Positions 12,247 through 27,200 of a stretch of 64,000 bases of DNA are shown piece by piece. A program made the translations under genes and the position numbers. The first letter of the stretch is position 1. The number at the start of each line of letters is the position of its first letter. The notes beneath the pieces were generated by a model. That model was not told where the DNA came from, did not search any database, and saw only the letters and a list, made by a program, of their open reading frames with translations. This DNA comes from Amoebophrya sp. A120. Taxonomy: Eukaryota; Protista; Dinoflagellata. Location: positions 3,368,587 through 3,432,586 of the forward strand of contig CAJINV010000010.1 of assembly GCA_905178155.1 (NCBI GenBank). Direction: 5' to 3'.

Positions 12247-15200
12247 TCATGAAGACCTTCTGCGGAAAAACAGTCTTTCGAGTCCACCCGCAAGTCGCGC
12301 ACGCAGCCCTCCGCTGGTTTGCGAGCTGTCGCTACGGGCGTCTTCATCGGCAGAGTCGTTTAGGTTTTGTCGACCAGTATCACTTGCAATGGTACTAAAA
12401 CCGGCATTTTTGTCAACGCCACCACCTGGAGTAGAAGTTGTAGCCACGGAGTCGTCGATGAAGGTGGTCTTATTTATCTCGCCACGACTTTCCTCGACGT
12501 TACCTTCTTCTAGCGGACGAACTGAGGCACTGGAAGTAGAGACATCATGCCCAACACCACTCTGGGTTTGAACTGCATCTTCAGCACTCGCGGTTTGTAG
12601 CGTGGAGTCCGGGCCACCGTCCTCTGGCTCCTGGACCGCCGCGCGTTCCTCCGTTGCAACTTCTCCCGTGAGGGAATCAGCAGTATAATTTCCGGCCACG
12701 ACAGGAGGCTCTGCTTCGACATTTTGTTCCAGGGAAGAAGTAGTGGCTTCCGCATCAACCCCTGCGGTCGTATCATCTCTCGCACCAGCGGCCGTCACAG
12801 CAGCCGCGGTCGAGAATCCTCGGTCCGCGCCGATATAATTAGCCTCCTCGGGCGGTGACGTCGGAAGGGGAGGAGGAGGGGGTGCAGATGACACCGTATC
12901 GACGACGTCCGTGGTACCAAGAACCCGACGACCCGCATCCTTGATGCTTTCTTCATCTTCGAAAGCTGCAGGAACTGACGGATCTGTAGTTACGTCACCT
13001 CCTTGCAGCAGCTCCACATGCGCCCGCTCATGATCCTCGGCGGTAGCAAGAACACCGTCGGCAGTTCTTTCCATAGTACCTTGATGTCCCTGTGCCTGTC
13101 CCAGATCGGTGTCGACATTATCACCTTCATTGTCAACACCCGCTTTTTGACTAGACGAGCCTGTCTCTAGTGCTGCCTCCGCGCCTCGCTCCGACACATG
13201 ATGATGAGCCTCGGAAGTATCATCGATTCCACCATCCTTTCCAGGACCTTCTACTCGCTGAGCCACTCCACCCCCGTGCTCTACTACTTCAGTGGAGTCA
13301 TCCCCTGCTACAGCCACGGCTGCGGAAAATTCGGCTGTGCCTTGATCTAGAAGCATCGGGTCGTGGTCGTCGTGTCCCGTACTCGATCTGGGGAACCGTT
13401 CATCTCGCGGTTCCTCCTGCGGCTCAACACCTTGCCCCTGGTGCGCGTCGTGCAGCGGAGAACTACTTGCACCATTCACCACCACATCACCGTCAGTCGC
13501 GTAATTCGCACCAGATTCAACGCCGGCGCTCTCCTGAGGCGGATCATGCGAAGCGGCAGTAGCAGCTCCCTCTACAGAGGTCCTGGCACTAGCGGTTTCA
13601 GCATTCGGGAAGATATCAGCTTCGACGCCCTGCTGTTCCACTTGCCCATGAGTTTCGCGCTGGAGGTCGAGTTCTCCTTTTTCTATTTCCGTTTCCGCAG
13701 AATTAGATTCGTGCTCCACCGCCTGTTCCTGTGTTGGGAGATGTTGACCACTAGGACTAGCAGCGACCTCCTCGGGCTGCACATCAACTCGGAGTTCCTG
13801 GACCTGTTCCGCAGCGCTCATCATGTTCTGTTCGGTAGTTCCGATGTTATTTCCACCTAAAACGACCGCGTGCTCTTCACCCAAAGCTGTGGCTCCCGTC
13901 GTGCCTGCTGCACGGGGACCCGGTGCTATGATCTTCGTGGAACTTGATACTCCTCGTGTAGTACCCGCTTCCTGAAGTAGGTCCTCCGGCGAAGACGAGT
14001 CGTCATCTGGTGCAGGCGAGGCCTGACGCGGGCGGCGAACAACAACAGGGCTTCGCCGGCCACGTTGTGGCATCGGGCTTCTCTTGCTCCGGACCTTCGG
14101 GTGCGGCACGCCTTTCGGCGACGGTGCAGCAGGTATGCCTTGCAAATATGTCTGGATCTGGAAGGTTTCAACTTGTGATGCTGGATTTCGATTCTACAAC
14201 AAATCTGTATTGCGTGAACAGCAAAAGAGGTCCAGTTTTTACCATGGCGAGAGGGCATTTCTGATGAGGTATGGGCATCAGGAAGCCGTCGTAAAATCTG
14301 TGATGCTAGGGCATGCATCACAGACATCAGGAGTCATGCAAAATGCGCATGACAAACCTTGCATCCTCCCAGACCCAGACATTTTTGCACTTGATAGCAC
14401 GCTTCGCAGCAGCGGGTTTTGGCGCAGCAGGCTCAGGATCTGTATCGCTATCGTCCGAATCTGATGTTGAAGTACCTCTTGCTCTTGCCGAGGACGAGTT
14501 TTTGTTGTCATTCATGTTAGAAGTGGTGGTCGACGTCCCACGAAGTAGATTTTGTTGTTCCGGCGATGAACTCCGTCCGCCGAGCACAGGAATCAGATTA
14601 TCTTCGACCATATCAGAGGACACTGTAGCCGCTCTCGTCGGCGCAGCTTCCGGTACCTCGATGGACACGCGATCGTGCTGTGGTATAGCCGACTCGCCGG
14701 CGGGGTTGTCTAGTACCTCCCGAGTGGCAGGCTCGATGTTGTTTGCCATAGGATCATAGTGCTCTTGCGTCCTTTGCCCCCTAGTCTCATCTGAGTCATT
14801 GTCTAGTGCCGGGATTACAACCATAGGCGGCTCAGCACTTCTTTCCATATCATAGTAAGGGCCAGTGCCAATTTGAGGCGCGCCTTGTTCCGAGGGATAT
14901 AAATTGCCGCTTTCCGATCTTCGCGGGGAGAGTGGCTCCGGTTCCGTCTGAACTACACGAGTAGCTGCAGCATCGTGGTTTAGTTCTTCATCATCAGTTC
15001 TTGTGGACCCAGGTCTATATACGCTTTCGCTTATTTCCGGTCGTGGCGATAGTGTCTCCACTCTATGAGGGCTCAGATAGGGCACAGCCGGTGGAGGTGG
15101 CATGTTGTTGGGATGCGCTGTGGTGGCTTCCTGATGTTCTTCGTCCGACGAGGAAGTAACTACTTCTGTGGTCGTGACACTCTCGGCAGATCTTTGTCTC

Positions 15201-18200
15201 ATCAACGGTCCAACCTCTGAGGACGGCGGTTCGGCTGCTTGCGTGGTCCTCTCAGACGCGGCGGCAGTGGTGCTCTCGTGTGCGCCTGGTGAACCTGGAA
15301 GTGTTGTAGCATCTCCAAAAACTGGATCTACATCTACTGCCTCATATGCCGCTGCATCAGTTGTGTCATCTTGTACAGCAGCTACTTCCATCACCGCCAC
15401 ACCCGCGGACTCATCTTTCGCAGATAGGATAGCCGAGGTTCGGATTGGCGCCGACGACGCGGCAAGAAAGCCGACATCTCCATCCAGATGCCGCTGCTCG
15501 TCATGATGTGGTCCACCACCCACCGCAGGAGACGAGAGGGTCGCGTGGACAGCACCATGCTCTTCGGAACGAGGAGCACTTATTTCTTCTTGCGTGTCGT
15601 GCTCCCGATGGTCGGTTTCCGACACCTGTTGCTCCGGTTGTCGTGCAGGAAGCACAGAGATCATACCCAGACTGCCTTCATCTCCCGCTGCACCTGCGCT
15701 TCCATCAGATAGTGTGCCTCCATGCTCAGCCGCTTGGTGTTCGAGTGCGATAGGCGGCAAATAGCCACGTTCATCCGCCGAGAAGATGTTTCCACTCTCC
15801 TGTTCCGATACAGCGGACACATCTTTTCGCTCCAGTTCCTGCTCGAAGTTGCTGTGCCCGTGGAGTAGACCTCCACGTGAGCTGCGGCCCTGTGGTCTTC
15901 TGCTCGCGGGGGACGCCGAGCGCGGCGAACCAGCGTCGTCCGAATCCGATGTAGTATCTGAAGAAGATGATGTTGATCGTCCCACATCGAAGATAGTTAC
16001 GCTAGAGGGATGACCAGCTACTCCAGTCTCCGCTTCTTCCTCCCCGGCAGCGGTGGCGCGACCCGCTTCGTTGTGCGAAGGAACATGTCCTTGCAACAAG
16101 GCTCTACTTGCACTACCGTCGTCGTTCACGGTGACGACCTGCGAGGAGGGGGTAACTACATCGAACTCCAAAGAACCCACGTTTCTCGCAGCATCCGAAG
16201 CTCCTGCAACACGTGCCAAATCCGAATCCGCGTCCATGTTCGCAGCAGCATCTTCACGCTCCTGCACCGGGGGTACGACGAATACATTTTCTGTCGCTGA
16301 CTCCGCACCATGATGCTGTGCGGCTGCACCGAGGGCGACGTGTGAGGAATCCGCGATCGAGGTGGCCGCATCAGGGGAGCTCGCTTCCAGATGGTCCACC
16401 TGCTGCGCGTGTTCCAAAGCTGCAGGTTCGGTGGGTCTGTCGTCGTCATCCGCAACATTCGCATGTGACTCATACATAGCCATATGAGGTACCATAGAAG
16501 CACGACTTGCTTCGGATAATTGGGCACTAGCACCTGTGTCGAGGGAGGTTGCTAACATAGTAGGTGTATGATATTCCTCCCGTTCTTGCGCACCATCTTC
16601 CTCCATTTGCGTTGGTAAAACACCTGTCAGATGCAGGAGATTCTCCGAAGGTCCCGGAAGGTTGCCGCTTGCCGTGTAGGTGTCCTGCTGGTCGGCAACA
16701 GTATTGACCTCGTCTGTTTGTCCTCGCGAGATTGCAGCGGCAGTAGCAGGATCTTCACCTGCGTTCATCGTTCCTCCGGGCTGCGATAAAGCCGCAAGCG
16801 AATTTGCGACATGAGCTCGTCCTGCAGAAGACCCGACCGCTGCGCGCACCTCGGGTAGTCCTCGTGCTTGCGAGGCTGCGTCCAGATTGCAGCCCCCTTG
16901 TTCTTCCGGGTGGACTCCACTTGTTATCGTGTTCGTGTCGGCTTGCCGCGAGGAATCCATGTGGAACTCCTCCTCCACGATCACGTCATCCAGGTTCGCT
17001 ATATCACAGTCCGGAGCTAGCGCTTGCTCCCGTAGTACGACCCGCGCGGCGACGTGTGATGTCTCTCCCGCCGCAGCAACACCTGTCCTGATGTGCGCGC
17101 TGCTCGCGTTTGAGATCGTGATTTCGGAAGATACGTCAGACGGCGCTCGTGGTACCGCGGCGTGCGCGCCGAACACATCTCGCTCTTCCTCGTCGTGTAG
17201 TTCCGGCGCTGCGGAGGTTATTACTGGGTCGTCCTGATGCTGCTGAGGCAGCAACCCTGCGTGCGGGTGCGCGGTTTCCCGTGTGCTATCTGGATTTTCT
17301 TGCGCTGGACCACCCCCAAGGCTTGGGGGCGAAGGTAAAGGCTCATCGGAAGTTTGTGCTGGACCACCCCCATGACTTGGGGGCGGATGTGAGGGCTCAT
17401 TCGGATGGGAGTTCCCGCTCTGATGATTCCCGTGTTGTGATGGTCCCAGCGCCCTCGGCGATCCTTGGGGCCGCGGCAGCAGGAGACTTGGCTGCCTCAT
17501 TGCAGGAGCAGCTTCCGTGACCACTTGTGCGGTTGTCGTGGTCTGTGCAGTTGTTATTCCAGTGCTGGCACCGAGCGGCGAGAGCTGCCCTGTGGCAGGC
17601 CGAGGCGCAGCTGTGCGACTTCCATTTGTGCTGAGCGGCGAGAGCTGCCCTGTGGCAGGCAGAGTCGCAGTGCCACTTCCATCTGCGCTGAGCGGCGTCG
17701 CGGACCCCGTGTTAGTACCAGCAGCCGGCGAGATTGTTACGGCAGCTCCACTTGCGCTGCGCGGCGATCCTGAGGCAGCCGTGTGTGGTGCCTGTGGTCC
17801 ACTTCCACCACTGTACGTCGGCGTTGATGATCCACCTGTGTTGAGACCGGTCGATGCTCCTGTAGTCGGCCGAGGAGGACGACTGCTTGCGTCAGTCGAC
17901 TGAGCAGGTGGAAGTTCCTGTCGCGTTCCACCCATCCTTGATACTGGAGCCGATTCTGCGGCCCCTGTCGAGGCGGTATTCGGCTGATGCGCGGCTGTGC
18001 GAAGATCACCTGTGAGCACCGATGACGTCGTTTGTGCCGCGACCACTGGCGTCGGCTGTCCGATCGGCGGTACCGCTGGTGCAGTAGTGGGCTGTGTGAA
18101 AATCATCTGTGATAGCCCATTCGGCAGCGCGGAAGCCCCCCCCGAAGTAGAGCCCGTGGGCGGCGCGCCGGCCGGTATACCTTCCGCTCCAATTGTCGGC

Positions 18201-20203
18201 TCCTGTGCGACAACGTGCGGTCCCCGTCCCATCGCACTCGGTCCGGCCGAAAATGAAGCCGTCTGCAGCGTAGGATTAGCCCCGTCGCCTCCCACGAGGT
18301 GTCGCCGTCCCTGTGGTCCGCCCTGCGCAGCGTTGTACGCCTGAGCCGCCGCGGGAAACGCGGCCGGGCCACTTTGTCCTCTCGGTGGCGTTAGGACATA
18401 GTTTGTGTGAAGTAAACCTTGCTGTTGCGAAGACGGAGTAGCAGGCGTTTGGGCTCCACCGTTCGCCAAAGTTGTTCCCGCAGCTCCATTGACGCGTGGC
18501 CTTCTAGTACCCCCGGCGCCGGTCTGCGGGACTTGCTGACTGGGATTAGAATTATGAGTGTTTAATACCTGGTTAATCGCATTTTGAGGAATCCCGCCCG
18601 CCGCAGAATGTGGGCCCTGAATCGCCGCAGCAGGGGGTTGCTGCACCTGTGTTGGAGATGGAGTGGCAATCAGCTCCGGCACTTCGTCCTGTTTGTGGAA
18701 CACCCGAAACGCGTTCACCAGTTTCTGCAGCTCCCGATTGCGAAAGGCCTTCACGCCATTCGGCAGCGTGATAGAGGCAGCGTTCCACATTTGGCTCGGC
18801 GACTGTGTCGCGGCGGCATAGTATGCGGGTTTGTAGTTATAGGAGAGAATTGTAGAAGCGTTGTCATCCGCATTTTGAACAACCGCTAGCACCGGGTACT
18901 CACACAGAGTTTTTTCATCGTCGCCAGCTCCTCCTGCGCCAGAACTTGTTCTCTGGCCATTTCCGTTGTCACCCTCCACATGAGATGAAAACTCGTTGCT
19001 GCATAGAAACGCGGCCGGCGGATTTCCGTAGTCTTCGGCTATCATCGGGCTCGTCGCGTTACGACCCGTAGAAGTACTAGCTGCCGGCTTTGAATCAGCG
19101 GCGTTCCAGAGCTTTTTGAATTCGATCAAAGCCCTGTTTGACATCATAATTGGCTCATGTTTTTTACTCATAGTCTTAACTGCTAACATTCTACCGGCAT
19201 AATTTTCTCCAACTCCGCCATGCGGCCCTTGTGTCGTGGTGGTGGAAAAAATAGCTTTGTTTTGTTGTCCGAGGAAATTGTAACGGTTCCTTGCCGGAAA
19301 AACCGTTGTAGATGGTGGCCTGCCGGGCTGTCCGCGCGCAGACCCGGGCGCTGTCCCGACATTATCGTTGTCCGGCACCTCTTCCGTCTCGAGTACCAGC
19401 CCCGTGTGAGGGTCGATACAATCTTGTCCTCCTGCCCCATGGCCGCACAGTTGCTTCGCTTCTGCGCGGGAAAACGTCGACCCCGAGCTGACAACGACCG
19501 GGTCGTTGTGGAATCTCTGCATGTTGGCGACCACGTAGTCGTTCAAACTCCCGAGTTCCGGACGGGCCCTGAATTCCCGCAAAGCCGGATCTGCATTTGG
19601 TTCCCCGCCCAGCGCACTGCCGCCAGGTGGATTGTTGTTCTGCCCGTTGTTTGTGCCACCAGAAGAAGTACTATTGCCTTGTCTCTGCCGTGCCGCGTGT
19701 TGCAGGGCAAGCGGAATACCGACACCGAGTCCGATGGCGATGAGGATGACAGTGGAAGTGATGATGGCCACCATCCAGAAGGTCTTTGCGGAAAGGCCGA
19801 GGATGAAGGTTGGAGGGGTTGAAGCTTTTTTAGATGATGGCTCACCAACACCTGTGTCTGCTCCACCCTCACCTTCACTGAAAATGTCCGCGTCACAATT
19901 GTTCTCAACAATATCGCCGTAGTCACCAGTGCTCGTAATCAGGAATTGCTCCTCCGCTTCCGATGCACAGGAGCTTTGCTGGTAGTTATGATTTTCATCA
20001 TCTTCATCTGCTTCCGGATTGTACAAAGACTCGCGTTCTTTTTGTTTTTCCATCGCGAGGGGTCCGAGTTCAGAAAAATCTTCATCTTCCGCTACGTTGT
20101 TAGTAGACACGTCATCTGCAAAATGACCCTTGTCCTCCTCCTGCCACTCGACGTCTTTTACGTCGGGCTCCATCTCCCCTGCTCGCCCCCCGGGCAGGCT
20201 CAT
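12247..20203 (-). CDS. Large single-TM low-complexity protein (~2562 aa), paralog of 4814-10331
   Basis: ORF 14327..20272 (first ATG at 20203) joins ORF 12247..14145 in frame after removing 14134-14396 plus one 5-bp repeat (KRA|APSPKG). It shares RPELxxLND, DPVVVSSG, PAAFxC, LCEYPVLAVV, SYNxxPAYY and KAFRNxxLQxLVNAFR with the neighbouring gene. Confidence 0.8.
14134..14396. mobile_element. Introner family A, DR GCAGG/GCACG
   Basis: TIR core; excision restores the frame. Confidence 0.88.
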
Positions 20204-21256
20204 CTTGTTTCTGCTGCTGGTGCTGGTTTCTAGAAGGAACAACTCAGATAGGTGGCACGCTTTATCGTACAATTTCTATTCCTAAGGAACAAATCGAAAA
20301 TCTGTATTGGCTATCTATTTGTTGTTGTTGCGAGAAGAAATTTATTTTGTTGCTACTTTACTCGAAGATGGCTAGATTTTCAACAAGATATTTTCATGAA
20401 AGTAAAATTTGGTCTTGCTGAAAAAGGCCAACAACGGTCAATTTCAGCAGCAAAAAGTGAAAAAAATGGCTGAGGCTGGAAAAAAGTTTAGTCTGCGTTA
20501 GGAATGAATATTGTACGGTCTGAAACTACCTAAATCCTAAATGCCAAACCTGCGGCAAAGGATATTTTCAACAGAAAACTTGTGTGCTGATGTTGAACGG
20601 CTGTACTGTGAAGTTTAAGTTTTTCCCTTGCTCATCCAAAAACATCGCCTTTGCTTTTGCATTCTATTTCACGGGCGGTAGGGGTACTTAGGTGAGGCAC
20701 ACGGTAGTACAAGACAGGAACAAAACGCGATGTTGTAAAAGAACCAGAAACAGCAAGAGAAATGTTTAGTCATCTCTTTAGCATTTTATGCACGCAAGAT
20801 GAAGGAACAATTTCTGCGGTCGACGTCGACACTGCAGGGCTTCGTAAATATGAATATCCAGGATCTATACAGAACGGGTCTTTCAGATTTTTGTCAAACT
20901 TTCTCACAGCCTTATTTGGATGCAGGTCTCGTGGTTGAAAATGAAATTGAGCTTGGATATGAATTCGTTTTCGTGTGATTAACTAATGCTGTCCAGCGTC
21001 TGAAAAAATTAAAATGTTGCATCTTCTGAGATGAACCAGAAATTCGCACAATGAACATCGAAAACTTCGGGAACTTCACTGGACTTAGAGGACACGTGGA
21101 GAATGGGAACACTGTATTTGCAATTCATTCTGTTGCAGGAGTTCTTGCAGCGTCGTTCGCATATGGCTTCATCTTACACAAGTATACGTTTTTTGCACAG
21201 TTTTTCATTTTCTTTCGCGATTATTTGTTCCAGAAGACACACGACTTCATTCCTCT

Positions 21257-24200
21257 TCACGCCACTTCGTCCAAAGCCCGTCGCAGGTTGCTCGAGACAT
21301 TTCGATTAGCGAAGTACCAGGTCGGGTGATCCGACTTCAGGAGAAATACGATGTTCGCGAACATCCGTCGCTGGTCGTCGTTCAGAAATTGCCTCGCGAG
21401 CACGATTTTCTCCAAGCTTTTGGCCAGATCGAAGATGTTGGTGCAACTAGTTGGCCCCGCTTTCAGAAAGATTTCCGTGCTGACGCAGAAGAGACAGAAC
21501 TTCAGCGTGTCATCCATGGACAAGTTTTGTGCAAAAGCGGAGGAAGTTCGACTTGATGTACCAGTAGAAAAAACCGAACTAGTTGTACCCCTATGATCTC
21601 TGCCCCACCGCTCCATCACCTTCAGTACCCAGTGCTTGACCGCTTGCAGCTCCACAGAATTCGGCTCGAGCTTTTCCGCAAAAAGCAGCAGCAAAGAAAA
21701 AAGCGGAGTTGTTTTCGTGTGCTGCAGTTCTCGCGATGCCAGCGGCCCCGCCGAGGCTGATGTAGAACTACTTCTTGCGCCAAATAAACCGAAAATATTC
21801 ATCGCACTCGAAAATTCATCTTCTCCGAGCGGAAACCAGTCGAGAAACAGGTTCGCGAGTTTCTTTTGCAGAAGCGGAGTTTGCTTGGAGATGAACCGCT
21901 GTACTTCTGCCGACGTCGTGCTGGCAGTTGTACTAGTAGAGGCCCCGGCTTGGTATTCGTGAAGATGTAGCTCTTCTTGTCGCCGGAAGGCTGTATGCAA
22001 GAGTTCTAGCAACTCCAAAGGAGCAGCTGGTATAGGTCGACGAGCAGACAGCCCCGGTCGGGTAGGAGCTGCAGCATGGGAAATTCCAGCTGTGCTGGAC
22101 GTTTTGTTGAGAAGCCGGTCCACGACTTCGTTCCTCAAGGTGGACAAGGAAGAGGAGGGAACAACATCACAAGCGACACTCGTGGCCGCCACTGGTCCTG
22201 CTACACTATCTAGCTCCGCAAGAACTGCCAACAGAACGGCGTCGGATGCTGGACTAGAACTACTTGCTGCGCGTGAGAAATTTCCTGCAGCAGAGTCGTT
22301 GTCATCGTCCGCGTTCTTTTTATGGAGAGCAGGATCTCGCGGACGAGGATGCTCTTGTTCTTCGTCATTTTTACCCAGCTCCCCCAGTACCACCTTCCGC
22401 ACGAAGAGCTCCGTCGTTGTGAAATCGGTTTTGATCCACCTCAGCAAAATTCGCACGTGCGAAAAGTCCGTCGATAGAGATTTAGTTCCTCTTCCAACAA
22501 CATCTACTTCCGGCCAGGATGCAACATTATTTGTTGAACAAGATGGTGCTAGATCTGGTGCTGTGGTTGCACCACATGTCACTACTTCCCTAACGGCGGT
22601 GCAGAGATTTTCGCGGAATTGGGAAAAATCGAAGGAGCCTGTTGATTTGGTGTCGAGATGAGAGAACGCCGGGCTATTCGTCATTTTCCCGCCGAAAGAG
22701 GACGACGCACGGTGGTTATACTGTGGGCCGCCCTGTGCGCTGGAGCTGCAACTTCGAAGTTCGTATTGCGTATGCAGGCCTTTGAGGAAAGACAAGAACA
22801 TGTCGCGCACAGCACCAGCAGGAGGTTTGTTCGAAACGTCCCGTGCTGGAAGCCCTTGCTCGCCACAACCCGGCGCGGGCACCCACGCTGCGAGCAGCTC
22901 CCCCTTCAACGCTTCGACAGACGACAGCTCCGCTTGAATTTTGCCAAACACCTGGGAAAGGAGGCTCTTTGAGAGAAAAGTAGCTCCTGAAGAACCTCCA
23001 CGCTGGCGCATCAACATAGCTGTCGGTCTGGTCGCGGCTGCCGTGCCGGCGCGGTGCCCATTGTAGTTTTGAGTTCCTGTAGAAGCTCCTTCACTGATCA
23101 ATCCAACCGCCTGCTGCAGCGTCTTCACTCGAACATTAGTCGCCAGCTGCGCCTGCAGCAAGTCCAGGAACGATCGTGGAATTATTACTGTATTAGCGGT
23201 TATTAGTGATTGGGTCGTTGTACTACGCGAGCCTGGCAGCGGAGGATCCACCATCTGATGACCGCGATAATTATGACAATTGTTGTTTGCCATGTCCCAG
23301 CACTTCTGCAGCAGCTCCACATTCGTATTCCTCGAGCAAAGTCGCAGAATCAAGTCGGCGGCGGAACGGGTGTCGCTCTTCGCAAGCGGGGAAGTGCTGC
23401 CATTCTTCGTGCGCAATGCTTTCTCCTCTTCCATACCAGACAACTGAAGATGCTGCGGGAAGGTTTGCAGCAGGGTGTTGACTAATGGCACACCCTTGTG
23501 GAAGGTCGTGTTAATCCCCAACCCTTCACCAGGAATGCGAAGCAGGTCAGCGAGGAAGGGGCTAGGGCTCGAAAATTCTGCCGTTTTTCCTGTCTCGGGC
23601 GCATCATCTACTCCATTCTGGTCGCCAGAAGCGTCGTCGCTGTCGTCGGATAACTCAGATATGACATCGGACGGTCTTGAAATATTAAGGTTGTTGCAAA
23701 CATTCGCGAAGCGTTTCAGGTCTTCCACGGTCACTGCTCTTTCCACTAGTGGTCGCTGACTGGTGGTGGTGCTGTTCCAAGAAGAAGAATCCCCCCTCTC
23801 CAGCTCTTCGTGTTCCTCCGCTATCGCCTGTAGGATCAAAGCTTCCACCGAACTCACACTAGCTTCGATTTCACTCCGGATTGATGTTATGGGAGGGAAA
23901 GATGCATCAACTGAGGTTCCCGGTGTGGTAGCACCGCGCTGTCCGCCGGAGTTCATCTCCGTCGACGTGTCAGAACCACCTTTATTCGGGGACAATGACG
24001 AAGCATAATTCGCCCGTCCTGGATAGTCACTTTTCCCCGCGCAGCAAATAGCCGAATACGCCTCTAGCATGCCGAGCTGTTCGGCGATCTGCTGCCTTGT
24101 AGCGGCGGCACGACTGGTCGTGCCATTTTTGATGTTGTAAGGAAAAGAAGCTTGAAGCCCCTTGTGCTGCGCCGCAAATAATCCTGTGCCGCCAGAGGTA

Positions 24201-27200
24201 GACGTCGTAGTCTTCATGAGCGCGTACGCGAAAAGATCCCGGTCGAAAATCCCCAAGTTTGCCATGGCAACCGTCAGCGCCAAGCCATTCACATGCTGAT
24301 CGCCCTCCGCTGCGAGGCGGATGTGCTTCGAAATCCGGGCCACAAAATCCGGATCTTGGTACGGCTTCGATGTTGCTTGTTCTCGAGGGCCCGTACGAGA
24401 TGCAGATGACCACGCGGAAATACTACCATGATTCTCCCCTTCGAACAAGACTCCCAAACTCTCCAGCAAGGATGTTGCCATGTGTGCGGAAAACGCAGGT
24501 AATTTCCCCACTGGCTTCACCTCCGTCTCGAAGATTGAAAGCGCCGTGGCTTGCAGTTTGCGGACGAAGGGACTGCAGCTCGAAGTAGATGCGGTGCAGC
24601 TTGCAACGACGTCCCTGTGCCTGTGTCCTGGTGTACTAGATCGCGGCATCGCAAGTTCACCAGTGTTCGAACCTGCTCGGTCTTCCTCTATCCAGTTCCT
24701 CCTCCTCGTGCCTCCAGAGGAGATATTCGTTACAACTCCAAGCTTCAAACACGCAAGAGCGTGCAGCACGTTTCCGACCTGCTGCGAGAGGAGGAAGTGT
24801 TTTTGGCTTTCCAATCTACTGCAAAGGGCGAACAAGGGAAAAAATTGGCTCTTTTTGTCATGCAACTCCGCTACGTCGTATCTGTAAAGTAGCCGCCCCA
24901 AAGCGTACGCCGTGTTGACCTCGTGCTGGATCGTCATGCCCCGCTGAATCCGCGCTGGCAGTTCCTGCTCTGTGATGCGACGGAACAGCGGAACGGCAAA
25001 ATCAGGCACCAGAATCGACGTGCAGCTTGCATTTTTCTCATTTGAGATGAGTTGTTTTTGGTGTTCTGTCAATGCCACGACAGGTCCACCTTTATTTGCG
25101 CTAGGATTGAATATGCTGTGATCGTCCTGCTGATAGAAGTACTTGCCACTCAACCGCGCGATCGCGTACAGAATGTTGACCAGACTCTGGTCGGACATCT
25201 CTGGTCGAACGTAGTGCTCCAAAAGCGCCGATAAGGTGTACAGCAGCTGAAGTTCAGGGTCATTTCGGTGGTTCTCTTCCGACACTGCACGTTGACCAAA
25301 ATTATCTTCTCCTTCTACTTCTGCGCCCACGACCAAAACCTCTTGTTTCTGCTCCCGCTCGAAATGGCTCTGCCGTGCGAAAGCCGCAAAAAGCAACCCT
25401 AAACCAACCTCGGTTCCCGGGTTTGCAAACAAATTAGCCTGGAGATGGAGCTTTCGATATCCCACAGAAAAAGACAGGCAGGTCAGATTTGTAATGCAAA
25501 AATAAATACACAAAAAAAAATCTGTCATCGGCGAGCCCATAGCATGCTGTTTAGGACACGCAATACAGATTTTTTTGTCTATTTATTTTTGCATTACAAA
25601 GGTGACCTGCCTGCATTTTTCTGTGGGATATTCGAAAGTACGTGTTCAGATGCAAAGCACTCTTCGCGAAAATCCGCCTCCGTGTGAGGACTGCTGCACC
25701 ACCGCTGTCGTCGCTCATCTTTGCAGGAGAAAGGCCCTTTTCGAGCCGGGCTGCATTGGTCTCAATTGTCGTGGTTCCACTTCCACCTAGCAGGATTTGT
25801 CCATTTGCATTCATCGCGCCGCCAGCGGCACTCCCAGCAGAAGAAGACACCAGGCTGAGCGCATTCAAGACCGTGGTCAGTTCCTGCCACTGAAATTTCT
25901 CGATCTTTTCGTCCACGGCGGTCGCGAGAACGTCCAGCGCTTCGGCGGTGGTGTTGGAGGCACGTGTAATTCCGCTTGTCGAAGCTAAAGCTCCTGCACT
26001 AGTTGACTCAGAGGTGGAGCTGGGAGTGGAGGTGGACGCAGCTGTCCCATAAAAATCGCAGCCAAGAACAGCTCCACCAGGACTACAAAAACTTCTCAGA
26101 CGCACCAACGCGCTTATGCTGCTTGCGAGTTCCGGCGGGGAAAAGTCCAAACCGCGCGTGAGCACGCAACTGCGTAGGTGACTCAAGATCGTTCCTCTCC
26201 ACTCGGCCGCGGCTGCGATAGAAGCTTGCCTTTTTAACATAGTTGAACTTTCCTGACCTTGAGGAGGACGAGAACCGGGTCGGGAGGTAGAAGGAAAAGG
26301 AGAGCAACTGCTGCTCCCCTCGCCATCCGGGCTCGACGCAGACGTATTCTCTCGTGAAAATGAAGATGACCACCCACCGACTACCCCGACCTTCGCGGCC
26401 GCATCGAGCAGGTTCGCGGCGTGTTGGTTCGTCATCGAGTCCGCTGGAAAGGACAAAACGCGCGTCCAAAGCGCGTGGCAAAGCGTTTCTAGCTCCTGTT
26501 TGAAAATAGCATTTCGATGTTGAAGCAGCGGCGGGGGTCCTCCGCCCCGCGCACCACAACCTCCTTGGGGCTCCTTCTGCTTTCGTGGTCCCTCCTCCCC
26601 TTCTGCCACAGTGGTTGTCAAATCATCAAAGTCACTCACCTGGACGTCTAGTTTCGCAAACCCGTGCAACACATTCGCGACTCCCTGGGGCGTAAAGGAG
26701 TTGATTTTCCGCCGGATTTCCGTGGAAATTTTCCCCAGCAGCACTCTATGCAATGCAAAAGCATCGTAGTCGTCCTAGTATAAATTACATTACAAATTCC
26801 CCCGGCATTAAGTACAAATTGAATTTGTAATGCTGATTTACCTTGAGTAATGCGTAAATGCAATTACTACGAGTACGATACTTTTGCACAGGATACAGCC
26901 TGTCGTCGCGGATCCCTAATTTCGCGAACGCGTGCACCGTGAGCGCCAGATGCTGCTCCGTGGCTTGTTTCAAAAAGTAGTCCTTCTGCAGGACGTGTTT
27001 GGTGAGACCTCGGATTAGGTCCTGGGCGATGGGGTCGGCGGTTGGAGAAGTTTTGCGTGTGGCAATCCCTCGTCTCTCACCTTCGTGCTCGCCGGAAACT
27101 CCTGGTTCTACTTCGTCTCGATTTATTTCATCCCTAGCAGACCTTACTGGAGGCATATCGAAAGCCGGAGCCGCTGCAGCTACGCGTGTGGTCCCGCAAG

